In this document: in pieces, positions 51,138 through 59,109 of the stretch
Layout: every line of letters starts with the position of its first letter
How positions within the stretch are numbered: the stretch's first letter is position 1
Source: a virus
DNA length: 64,000 nt
Virus record (IMG/VR): IMGVR_UViG_3300028840_001735
Reading direction: 5' to 3' (one strand)
The notes under the pieces: generated by a model
Seen by the model: only the letters and a program-made list of their open reading frames with translations
What the model was told of the DNA's origin: nothing
Database searches by the model: none
Made by a program: the position numbers and the translations under genes

Positions 51138-53741
51138 CTACAACACACCAAAACTTCTACGAGTTCTATTGCGTGTTCGCTGTTTAGCTGAACCAACCGC
51201 ATGGTCTAAAGCATCAAAAAAGTCTCTATGCTTCTCTGATGGAAACAAGATTAGATTCTCTATAGGTTTAGAATGTACACCCTTTTTAAAATAGAAACGT
51301 TTATTCTCAAAAATCGCCGATAGCTTCCACGCCCTTGACATTTTATCTTTATGTACTTGTCTCTTATATATTCTAGCGTTAGGGCGTTTTTCTTTCAACG
51401 TTTGTCTTAAAGCATCCTGATATTGATTGGATTCTATACCTACTTTGATAGGGCTCCAACGATCATAAAATTCAAATATCTTTTCGGCGTGTTTAGTCGG
51501 ACGTAAAAAGTCTAAATAGTAATCCAATAAATAACAATAGTAATCATCCTTCTTTATTGATCCTTGAATACCTATAACAGCTATCGCAAACTTATCGTTT
51601 ATTTCACGTTCTGTAACGTTTAAATCTACACCCATATATATCTTAAGCGTATTAGTCGCCGGATAATCATCAATATCAATCTGTTGACAATCATCATATT
51701 GAAAAATTTCCCCCTTCATCGCTTCAGTATCACAATTACCTGATATTAAAATTTTCCCGTTACGCCTAGTTATCAAAGTGGCATTCTTGGTTTTAAAACA
51801 TACAACATTACCTGAATATGGAACTTCATAAATTTGTTTATTTGGATCAATCCCATTACCTATAGCTTTACGTAAACAAACCCTAAACGAATCGCTTCTT
51901 TGTACATAAACTTTACCATTTTTATAAATTTTTCTTGTTTTTATTTTAGAAATAGAAGAATCATATCCAATCATAAATCCAATTTCCATCACATCGTTTA
52001 CAAGCTGTTTAGATATTGAAGTGTACTGGTATGAATCACCTTTTTTATATTTTATTATATAACCACCACCATCTATCAATGTATCAAAAAGTATTTTTAA
52101 CTGACGTTTAGATAAGTTAAAAAAAATTCTTGGTATTCTTGCATCATACGAACATGTTTTTACATTTTCCCTTAACCATCCCCATAACCAAATATGTGAA
52201 AAAACTAACCTCACAGTATTTTTATTTTTATATTCTTTAAAATCAATTGACATTGATTTGAGAATATTTTTCATTGACTTCAGAACAATTCCTTCGTTTT
52301 GTGAAAAACTAATCTCCCCACGGGTTTTTTTACTAGTACTACCTTTAGTTACAAAAAAACCTAAAAACTTCAAAAACATATCCATCTCTACATCTATAGG
52401 TCTATGTTTTTCTAAAGAATATTCTTTCCATATACCTATACCATATCGATCTTTTCTCCAACCTTGTTTTATCTTGAAAATCTTTTTTTCTTTACCATTC
52501 CAATCTACACATGAAGGGAATAAAACACGCTTTGTTCTAATGCTAACTTTGGAAGGTAGATTATAAGCGTCAACAAAATCCCAATCGTCTTTAGATGGAT
52601 AATCTGCTGGTTTACAAACCATTTGATGATTTGGTGTAACCAAAGCATCAACCTTGTTACTTTTTATGTGAACCAGATTTCCTTTGTATGATTTGTTAAT
52701 TTTACGAATTGGCTTTTGATATTGTAGTTTATTGTTTTTGAGATTATACGTTGCAAGCTTGTTATCTTTGTCTATTTCGTAAAAGTATTTCCAACCTTTA
52801 TTTGTAAGGAATTCTGTATCTTCTGAATGACATTGGTATTGACTGTTAAAAATAATCAATCCTGATTTCTTGCGTATATCCTTAAAATATTTCGGTGTAA
52901 ACTTTTCAGGCCATGGTGAATTTTCGTTATCATCTAAAGCTCTAATTACAAGAGTTTTACCTTTAAGTTCGTTAGCTTCTAAGTGTCCATACAAATCATC
53001 AAAATGATATCTAGTCCCTTCTCTATGATGTTCGCCGCGATGAGGAACGTTTGGATCTGGTGGTTCTAATAATGGAAGATATGTTTTATAATACCAAGTC
53101 TTGACTTTATCCCTCATTCTAGACGTTCTGGAATTCTCTTCTGTTATCAAGTCATCTGTTATAAGTACATCAAAGTGTTTAGATGTAATAGTTGAATCTT
53201 CACCAGTACATGTGATCGTCGATTCTGTTGCTGCTGTAGTTCTACCAAGTATACTTATTTCCGTGTTATCCCATTTCTCTACATCGCGTGGATCAAAAAA
53301 TGGTCCGAATATATCAACTAACTTTTTGTTATGCTCAAAATGTGCTTTTATACCACGTAAAAAACCTTCAGCATTCCCTTTGCTTTTACTACCTAACAAT
53401 ATCCTTAAGTTTCTATTCTTACATAAAAGAAATATAGATCGTGTAATCGTGCAAGACGTTGTTTTACCAGAACCACGGAACGCAAGGATCAAATTATCAG
53501 GATGTAGAAATTGCCATTGCAACATTTTTAAATGAAATGGTTTAACGTCGTAACCAAGAACTTCTTTAGCTAATATATCTATGCGATTATTCTCTAGAAC
53601 CTGTCGCCGAATCCATTCGTTCGTCGCTGCCTGTTGCTGTGCTAAAACACCTTCAAGTTGTGAACGTTCTAATCTATCAAGCTTCTTTGCTACACCACGA
53701 ATTATAGGTGTTACTTTTTTCTTTTTTACACTTTTCGGCAT
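51138..53741 (-). CDS. terL: terminase large subunit, intein-containing
   Basis: Walker A AFRGSGKTTS and Walker B FDVLITDD are in the N-terminal extein. The C-terminal nuclease-like extein contains VDLNVTE...IAVIG...IESNQYQ. A 366-aa insertion separates ...IIFNSQYQ from CDTEAMKGEIF. Confidence 0.85.
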   Translation of the reverse strand: MPKSVKKKKVTPIIRGVAKKLDRLERSQLEGVLAQQQAATNEWIRRQVLENNRIDILAKEVLGYDVKPFHLKMLQWQFLHPDNLILAFRGSGKTTSCTITRSIFLLCKNRNLRILLGSKSKGNAEGFLRGIKAHFEHNKKLVDIFGPFFDPRDVEKWDNTEISILGRTTAATESTITCTGEDSTITSKHFDVLITDDLITEENSRTSRMRDKVKTWYYKTYLPLLEPPDPNVPHRGEHHREGTRYHFDDLYGHLEANELKGKTLVIRALDDNENSPWPEKFTPKYFKDIRKKSGLIIFNSQYQCHSEDTEFLTNKGWKYFYEIDKDNKLATYNLKNNKLQYQKPIRKINKSYKGNLVHIKSNKVDALVTPNHQMVCKPADYPSKDDWDFVDAYNLPSKVSIRTKRVLFPSCVDWNGKEKKIFKIKQGWRKDRYGIGIWKEYSLEKHRPIDVEMDMFLKFLGFFVTKGSTSKKTRGEISFSQNEGIVLKSMKNILKSMSIDFKEYKNKNTVRLVFSHIWLWGWLRENVKTCSYDARIPRIFFNLSKRQLKILFDTLIDGGGYIIKYKKGDSYQYTSISKQLVNDVMEIGFMIGYDSSISKIKTRKIYKNGKVYVQRSDSFRVCLRKAIGNGIDPNKQIYEVPYSGNVVCFKTKNATLITRRNGKILISGNCDTEAMKGEIFQYDDCQQIDIDDYPATNTLKIYMGVDLNVTEREINDKFAIAVIGIQGSIKKDDYYCYLLDYYLDFLRPTKHAEKIFEFYDRWSPIKVGIESNQYQDALRQTLKEKRPNARIYKRQVHKDKMSRAWKLSAIFENKRFYFKKGVHSKPIENLILFPSEKHRDFFDALDHAVGSAKQRTRNRTRRSFGVL
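51735..52832 (-). mobile_element. intein with LAGLIDADG homing-endonuclease domain (TerL residues 304-669)
   Basis: Begins with Cys (CHSEDTEFLT; codon 52832-52830) and has block B ALVTPNHQM. Two LAGLIDADG-like motifs are present (FLKFLGFFVTKGS and ILFDTLIDGGGY). It ends ...LISGN (Asn codon 51737-51735), followed by the +1 Cys. Confidence 0.8.
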
Positions 53742-53759
53742 AGTTTACAAACTCCAAAC

Positions 53760-53798
53760 CGGAGGGCGGGAGAAGGGAAAGGTAACAACCGCCCTCCG
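53760..53798 (-). terminator. GC-rich hairpin between the 103-aa gene and terL (terminator/attenuator or RNA-stability element)
   Basis: Perfect 10-bp stem cggagggcgg/ccgccctccg with a 19-nt loop. On the minus strand it is followed by GTTTGGAGTTTG, which contains the terL SD. Confidence 0.4.
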
Positions 53799-53815
53799 AT
53801 TCAGAAATATATTAT

Positions 53816-54127
53816 CTAATCGAAAACTTCGTAAACAATAGTTTCACCGCTTGCGTTTAGATCTGTGTCGGCTCCAATGGTAAAACCGTTTGCCAACGGA
53901 GTAATACCATTAGAAGTTATAGTTGATATGTCTGTTGTTCCTGAACCGGAATCTACTGTCTTTTGAGCACTAGCATCAGCCATTTCACTACACCAAAAAG
54001 CTTGACAGTTTCCACCGGTATTATATAGCCTTACTAATCTCGGACGAAACCCTACCTTCGTAACATTTATCGCCGATCCAGTTCCAACCACACTACCTAC
54101 ACTTAGTCTATTCATTCCACTTGCCAT
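53816..54127 (-). CDS. hypothetical protein (beta-rich, probably abundant)
   Basis: 103 codons. It has the best SD in the window (AAGGAGGTGA, 6 nt before the ATG) and sits between the putative small and large terminase genes. Confidence 0.5.
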   Translation of the reverse strand: MASGMNRLSVGSVVGTGSAINVTKVGFRPRLVRLYNTGGNCQAFWCSEMADASAQKTVDSGSGTTDISTITSNGITPLANGFTIGADTDLNASGETIVYEVFD

Positions 54128-54214
54128 TTTTTCACCTCCTTAGTGAAAATACACTCTTGACAATTACCGAGACAACAAGAACCCGGCAACCTGTCTCAAC
54201 ATGAGACTGGAGTG

Positions 54215-54847
54215 TTAAACTTTTGATCTTACCACTCTCCTACCACCACTATTCTTAGATGGCGGTTTCCTTTTGGTTTTATTGCCAGTATCTAGTTTAG
54301 ATATTGGTGCTTTTGGTAACGGTTTATAAATTGGACCAGAATCAATTTGATCTATAGACTGATCCCCATAACGTAAATGCATCTCATTAACCGCTTGAAT
54401 CTCACCCAAGACAAACTGTTTAAGCTCTACATTCGTTAGGTTTACAATAGCTTGTCCAGCTACTAAACGCCCTGAATCTGAGTTTCTTTCGACTAAACCC
54501 AACTCTTGCCCCATCTTTATTATCTTATCTAATATGTCGGATTTTGCCTTTATTGCACCTACATAAGCCGATTGGTTCTTACTTGTATCATATTCGGCGA
54601 TTAGATTATCAAGATCTGCTATACATGCCTTCTGTTCGATCATGTACTGAACGTATGTATGTTCAGTGGTTTTCTCGCGTGTAATCTCAGATTGCTTATC
54701 AAAAAATTTGGTTTTTAATATTTCGTAATCTGAAAACTGAATACCAATCTCTTCAGCAATTTCCTCATCCGTCCAACCCTGGATCAATAAAGAATGTAGC
54801 TTTGCATACGCTGATCGTAAAGCTTTACCGCGCAACTGTAATGTCAT
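54215..54847 (-). CDS. putative terminase small subunit (HTH protein)
   Basis: First gene after the early-region terminator. It has an HTH-like GWTDEEIAEEIGIQ and a basic C-terminal tail. The start is placed at ATG 54847 rather than the track's TTG at 54856. The call rests on position. Confidence 0.35.
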   Translation of the reverse strand: MTLQLRGKALRSAYAKLHSLLIQGWTDEEIAEEIGIQFSDYEILKTKFFDKQSEITREKTTEHTYVQYMIEQKACIADLDNLIAEYDTSKNQSAYVGAIKAKSDILDKIIKMGQELGLVERNSDSGRLVAGQAIVNLTNVELKQFVLGEIQAVNEMHLRYGDQSIDQIDSGPIYKPLPKAPISKLDTGNKTKRKPPSKNSGGRRVVRSKV

Positions 54848-55025
54848 ACATATCAAACTAAACGTTGTAATCCCTTATGTCCACAACTTTAAACGATTGA
54901 TATGATTTCGGCGATTAGATATGTAATCAACTGTGGTTTAGATTAGAATGATAAAACACGGCAAAAACTAGGCTTTTATCAAACTTCTAAACTGTAAATG
55001 TAAATAAATACTGTAATATAAGCAC

Positions 55026-55056
55026 AAAAAAAAGTCCTGTAGTTTCCTACAGGACT
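55026..55056 (-). terminator. canonical intrinsic terminator ending the early region
   Basis: The minus strand reads AGTCCTGTAG-GAAA-CTACAGGACT followed by TTTTTTTT, 24 nt after the stop at 55080. Confidence 0.8.
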
Positions 55057-55079
55057 CTTTTAATTATTGATGTAAACCG

Positions 55080-55622
55080 TTACTCGACTACATCAAGCTG
55101 CTCTGATTCATCTGGCAAACTTCCTTCTATCTCCAAACCTGGAATCATGTTTTTCGGGATCGGTGGCAAACTCTCATCACCTTCCTTATTATAGCAAGTC
55201 AACACAGTCATCTCTACCAGTTCAGTACTGTCTGAACCATTCACGATCGGCATTGGTCCAACTTTACGAGCTATAGTCTCAAAACCCAAGTGTTTAAGCT
55301 CTGTTGCTCTACGCTTAGCATCAAACGTTTCAGTCTTATAAAACTCTTGTGTGCAAGTTCCCCACGTTACAACACCATAACAATCAAGTTTCTGTGGTTC
55401 GCCGTTTTTTCTGGCTACCTTCCTCATGAGTTTAGAATTCTCAGACCTGAGATATTCAATCTCACACTTTACAGAACAGAATTGATCATTGGGATCACTT
55501 GGCTCAAATTCCTTAGCACACTGAATACATTGAACGGTATCCATGATCTCTACCTCATCATTATCGATTACATCATTGACGTTGATATCTCCAGACTTTT
55601 TATTCTTTCCCTTTTTTTTCAT
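55080..55622 (-). CDS. hypothetical zinc-ribbon protein
   Basis: The start is placed at ATG 55622 (GGAGATTAGAAAAATG) rather than the track's TTG at 55637. It contains CIQC...CSVKC. Confidence 0.5.
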   Translation of the reverse strand: MKKKGKNKKSGDINVNDVIDNDEVEIMDTVQCIQCAKEFEPSDPNDQFCSVKCEIEYLRSENSKLMRKVARKNGEPQKLDCYGVVTWGTCTQEFYKTETFDAKRRATELKHLGFETIARKVGPMPIVNGSDSTELVEMTVLTCYNKEGDESLPPIPKNMIPGLEIEGSLPDESEQLDVVE

Positions 55623-55673
55623 TTTTCTAATCTCCAATTTGTTGTTTATGGTTTTTATGTTATTTGTTTATTT

Positions 55674-56801
55674 TTATGCTGCTACTTTACTTAAATATCT
55701 GTGTCCAACTTCCTCAAAATTGAGCCTTGAAACGGTGCTCAAGTCTCTACCTGTAGCCGTTACAGCGTTTGCAATGTCATACGCTGTAACGCTCTTCTCA
55801 TCAAAAAGTTTACGTGTAGTATTATCAAGTATTGCTTGATCATGCTGTAACGTATCTTTAACTAGTTGATTCTGAACCTTTTTTATTTCACCTTTACCAA
55901 GTCCAAAACCAGATAGACTTTCGATTTCATCAAGTGCATTATCGATCAATACACTTACTGAATTTTCCCATTTTTTAATATCGCCATTAGCTTCTGCCAT
56001 GGCTACAGGAATCGCATCGCGAATACCGTCCTGTAACTTTCTAGGGTCACCTATATGTCTGAATTTCTTAGTTGCTTCAGACTTCCACGATCTCATTCCA
56101 TTTAAGCATACAAGTCTATAAGTGATTGGGGTTATCTGTACCGATCTAAGTCCTAACTCGCTATTTCCGATATCAAAACCCCATTCGATAGAATCATTAA
56201 GTTTTACCTCAACCGATTCTGTGGGTACTGTAACCCTCATGATCATATGCGGTCCAGTTGCTACCGATCGAACACTTACTTTATCTATCAAACTTGTCCG
56301 ATCTAGATATTCTCCAACTTCATCGATCAAGGTAAGATCGTCAATCGGCGCATACCGTTCAGACATAATAGACCTAACTTCATTACCAGCTAATCTGAAC
56401 GTAGTGTTACTACTGTTATGCAATAAACCGAAATTCATGCAAGCCACTTGCAATTTTTGTGGTAGTGCTCTGATGTAATCCGGTGGTGTTTTCATATCTG
56501 TTTTCCCCACTTTTGTTCTTGAGCATAACTGATTAAAAGCATTGTTGCGTAAAATAAGTGGATCTCCTGTTTCTCTGCCTGGATACGGTATACGTGCTAT
56601 TGACATATGTTCGCCATCAGTTGTCCCAAACGCCCAACTATTCAATGCCGATGAATATATGTCATCCGCTTCACCGTCTTTTTCATGAGCACTTCTAACA
56701 ATCTCTTTAGCTTCTACAAAGCTAATCGGATTATTTGGAAAATTTTTCCAAACTTCCCTCATATCCTGCTTAGTCTTTAATGGTGTTAAATTTGTTTCCA
56801 T
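55674..56801 (-). CDS. DUF932-like (phage/plasmid-like protein TIGR03299 type)
   Basis: 375 aa. The motif FDIGNSELGLRSVQITPITYRLVCLNGMRS....KKFRHIG matches the R.VC.NGM ... H.G signature recalled for DUF932. Confidence 0.5.
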   Translation of the reverse strand: METNLTPLKTKQDMREVWKNFPNNPISFVEAKEIVRSAHEKDGEADDIYSSALNSWAFGTTDGEHMSIARIPYPGRETGDPLILRNNAFNQLCSRTKVGKTDMKTPPDYIRALPQKLQVACMNFGLLHNSSNTTFRLAGNEVRSIMSERYAPIDDLTLIDEVGEYLDRTSLIDKVSVRSVATGPHMIMRVTVPTESVEVKLNDSIEWGFDIGNSELGLRSVQITPITYRLVCLNGMRSWKSEATKKFRHIGDPRKLQDGIRDAIPVAMAEANGDIKKWENSVSVLIDNALDEIESLSGFGLGKGEIKKVQNQLVKDTLQHDQAILDNTTRKLFDEKSVTAYDIANAVTATGRDLSTVSRLNFEEVGHRYLSKVAA

Positions 56802-56824
56802 TTTTCTAATCTCCTTTGTGTGTG

Positions 56825-57028
56825 TTATTTATCAACCCTATTTTTTAATTCTACATATAAACGCCTTAAAATAGGTACAGGAATCTTAACTGTAGCTTGA
56901 TCAGTATCGATCCATCCTGTACTTGCTACATACTTCAACAGATTATCTACATTATCTAAACTACTCCATTGTAGTTTAGTACGTTTACCACACTCTGAGC
57001 ATACAAACCTATAGAATTTATTTTTCAT
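56825..57028 (-). CDS. hypothetical small zinc-ribbon-like protein
   Basis: The start is placed at ATG 57028 (AGGA 9 nt upstream, 10 nt after the upstream stop). This avoids the 89-nt overlap implied by the track ORF 56825..57127. Confidence 0.45.
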   Translation of the reverse strand: MKNKFYRFVCSECGKRTKLQWSSLDNVDNLLKYVASTGWIDTDQATVKIPVPILRRLYVELKNRVDK

Positions 57029-57038
57029 TTTTACAATC

Positions 57039-57410
57039 CTATATGTATGTTTCAAACGATTCCCAAAAATATTTATATGAATTCTCATCAAGCCACTTGC
57101 CATCAAGCTTGATCTTGCCTTGATCAACTTCTATCAAAGCCATATCAACTCCAGACCAATGAGATACAAATTCTAAAAACAACGGATTATTTGAATGGTG
57201 TTCCCTAATAATCCGTTGAATTGTTCGTGTTACAGCATATTCAATAAGAAATCTCGCACCTTTCCTTTTTAAACAGTATAACTTTTCTTCTATCTCAATC
57301 ACCTTTGGATATTTTTTATCTGATAACATCCGATAAACATAAAAAGCCGCCATTCTAGCAGGAATCGGCGCTTTGTTTATCTGTTCTATTATATTTTCTT
57401 GTGTTACCAT
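57039..57410 (-). CDS. hypothetical protein
   Basis: 123 codons with an ATG start. Confidence 0.45.
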   Translation of the reverse strand: MVTQENIIEQINKAPIPARMAAFYVYRMLSDKKYPKVIEIEEKLYCLKRKGARFLIEYAVTRTIQRIIREHHSNNPLFLEFVSHWSGVDMALIEVDQGKIKLDGKWLDENSYKYFWESFETYI

Positions 57411-57505
57411 TTTTTTTGATTCCCTTTTTTTCGGATAGCTAATCCGTTTATGCTCATCAGTACAGTCGCCAACTGTAGACAGTGAGAAAGTCTCACTGTT
57501 TCGCT

Positions 57506-58051
57506 TTATGCTGCTTTTACCTTTATTGTTTTTTGGGATGGTACACCCTTGTTGAATGCAAAATAAGTAGCATTATTTTTAGTAGTTATTCTATCACACT
57601 CATTCACGTTCTTCATTGCATAAAGCGCTTTAAGAAATAAATCGGGTTTTCTTGTGTCGTAAATATATTCATCATACTGCTTATCAGAAAATTTGCAGAT
57701 CTTTTCAAATAGTTTCATAGATTTTTTTATTTGTAAAAACCTATCTCCCAATTCTGACAATATCAGCGATGAATAATCAGTTTCGAATTTTATCCATCTT
57801 ATATTAAGTTTTGCATCGTAAGAACTATGCATAAAAGATTTATATTTATACCCTTTATCTAATAACTCATTCATATCTTGTTTTGCTTTTTTTCTTATAT
57901 ATTCATTATCATAATCACTATTAACTCTATCAAGTCTATCTTGTATCGCTTCATATTCATTTTCGAATATATAAATAAAAAAGTTCTCACGTCCATATTG
58001 TTCCCCAATCCACTGCTCGAATAGATATGTTTTATATGTTTTCATTTCCAT
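57506..58051 (-). CDS. hypothetical protein (very AT-rich gene)
   Basis: 181 codons. ATG is preceded by AAAAGGAGATTAAAC. A hand-counted sample at 57841-57900 is 20% GC. Confidence 0.5.
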   Translation of the reverse strand: MEMKTYKTYLFEQWIGEQYGRENFFIYIFENEYEAIQDRLDRVNSDYDNEYIRKKAKQDMNELLDKGYKYKSFMHSSYDAKLNIRWIKFETDYSSLILSELGDRFLQIKKSMKLFEKICKFSDKQYDEYIYDTRKPDLFLKALYAMKNVNECDRITTKNNATYFAFNKGVPSQKTIKVKAA

Positions 58052-58082
58052 GTTTAATCTCCTTTTTTGTGTGTTATAGCTT

Positions 58083-58382
58083 TTAACCTCTTGAGATCGA
58101 CAAATTCAACCCCATTTTACTGGCCGCAGACACGACATAATTGCCGTGCCCTGCCCACTGCTCATAGCCATTGTGTAAGGCTATGAGTTCCTCAATCTCC
58201 TTGATGTAGCGGTTTACATCATCTATATCATACTCCCCATCCCATTCGATTATGTCGTTCATCGGTGGGATATGGGGCAAGTCCAGATCGTCTACATGAT
58301 CGTACCACGACTGCACTGCATCTATCACTTCGTCGAGAGAGTCATACGTCTCTTGATAGTTATTGTCTGCTAGTATATACAT
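58083..58382 (-). CDS. hypothetical highly acidic protein
   Basis: 99 aa with 21 Asp/Glu against 4 Lys/Arg. A sample at 58141-58200 is 53% GC. Confidence 0.5.
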   Translation of the reverse strand: MYILADNNYQETYDSLDEVIDAVQSWYDHVDDLDLPHIPPMNDIIEWDGEYDIDDVNRYIKEIEELIALHNGYEQWAGHGNYVVSAASKMGLNLSISRG

Positions 58383-58471
58383 TTTGTTCCTTTCTTTCTT
58401 AAGCTTGATTGCCTGACCAGGCCATCAAGAAATTGATAGCTAGGTGCGATAATCAAACTTCTGAAGTGTAT

Positions 58472-59026
58472 TCAAATCTTGATCGGCATAATAACTAGCG
58501 TGAGATTGCTTATCGCTCTACAAAGTATCTTGATAGGAGACAAAGCACTATCAGCATAAACGTGGAAAGAAGGGACTTCTCTACCATTGAACATACTCCT
58601 TTTCAATTGAAACGCCTTTATTGCATCCTGTATGAAGAAGGGATTTAGACCACGTTCTTTCACTGGCGTATCGTTATATTCTGGCATGACTTCGCGCCAT
58701 GACGGAATAGATACATCAAGTGCGTCGAATGAAAATCCAAGTACTTTAACTATGGATTCATTCACTTGGATTTCAATTTTGTCATCTGGAGATATGTCAA
58801 TTGCTTTTAAGATCTTCTTTGCATCATCAAGACTAATAGCAAATTCAATATCTTGACCACTGCATGGTGCACTAAGTACTGATAAGCACTTACCATTTGT
58901 GCCAACTATGTTTAATCTCTCATCCTTGCATTCAAAAAAAACACATTCCAAGTATCTATTGCCACCTTTGGCGAATAGTACGGCTGCATTAATTCCGTTG
59001 TAAAGTTCGCCTTTCTCTATTTCCAT
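58472..59026 (-). CDS. hypothetical protein, faint sliding-clamp (DnaN)-like motif
   Basis: 184 aa. LNIVGTNGKCLSVL resembles the L.LVATDGHRLA segment of beta clamps. This is very tentative. Confidence 0.2.
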   Translation of the reverse strand: MEIEKGELYNGINAAVLFAKGGNRYLECVFFECKDERLNIVGTNGKCLSVLSAPCSGQDIEFAISLDDAKKILKAIDISPDDKIEIQVNESIVKVLGFSFDALDVSIPSWREVMPEYNDTPVKERGLNPFFIQDAIKAFQLKRSMFNGREVPSFHVYADSALSPIKILCRAISNLTLVIMPIKI

Positions 59027-59070
59027 TTCTCTCTCCTTTGTGTGTGTGTTTTCAAGCGTGATAACTTGAT

Positions 59071-59100
59071 GCTAGCCTATATATATTTATATAGGCTAGC
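59071..59100. other. perfect 30-bp palindrome (13-bp stem, 4-nt loop)
   Basis: gctagcctatata-tatt-tatataggctagc lies in the 83-nt gap between the SNF2 stop and the next start. No U-tract is present. Confidence 0.6.
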
Positions 59101-59109
59101 ACTAAGCGA

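Noticed and set aside
55623-55637. N-terminal extensions in the ORF track that begin at TTG/GTG (55637, 26535, 29208, 54856, 41437) and the long form 56825..57127
   Set aside because: In each case an in-frame ATG a few codons downstream has a proper SD and/or sits in a TAATG/ATGA or 2-10 nt junction with the upstream stop. Starts were therefore moved to 55622, 26520, 29187, 54847, 41416 and 57028. TTG/GTG starts were kept only where no ATG alternative exists (15313, 20837, 34292, 40794, 61158).
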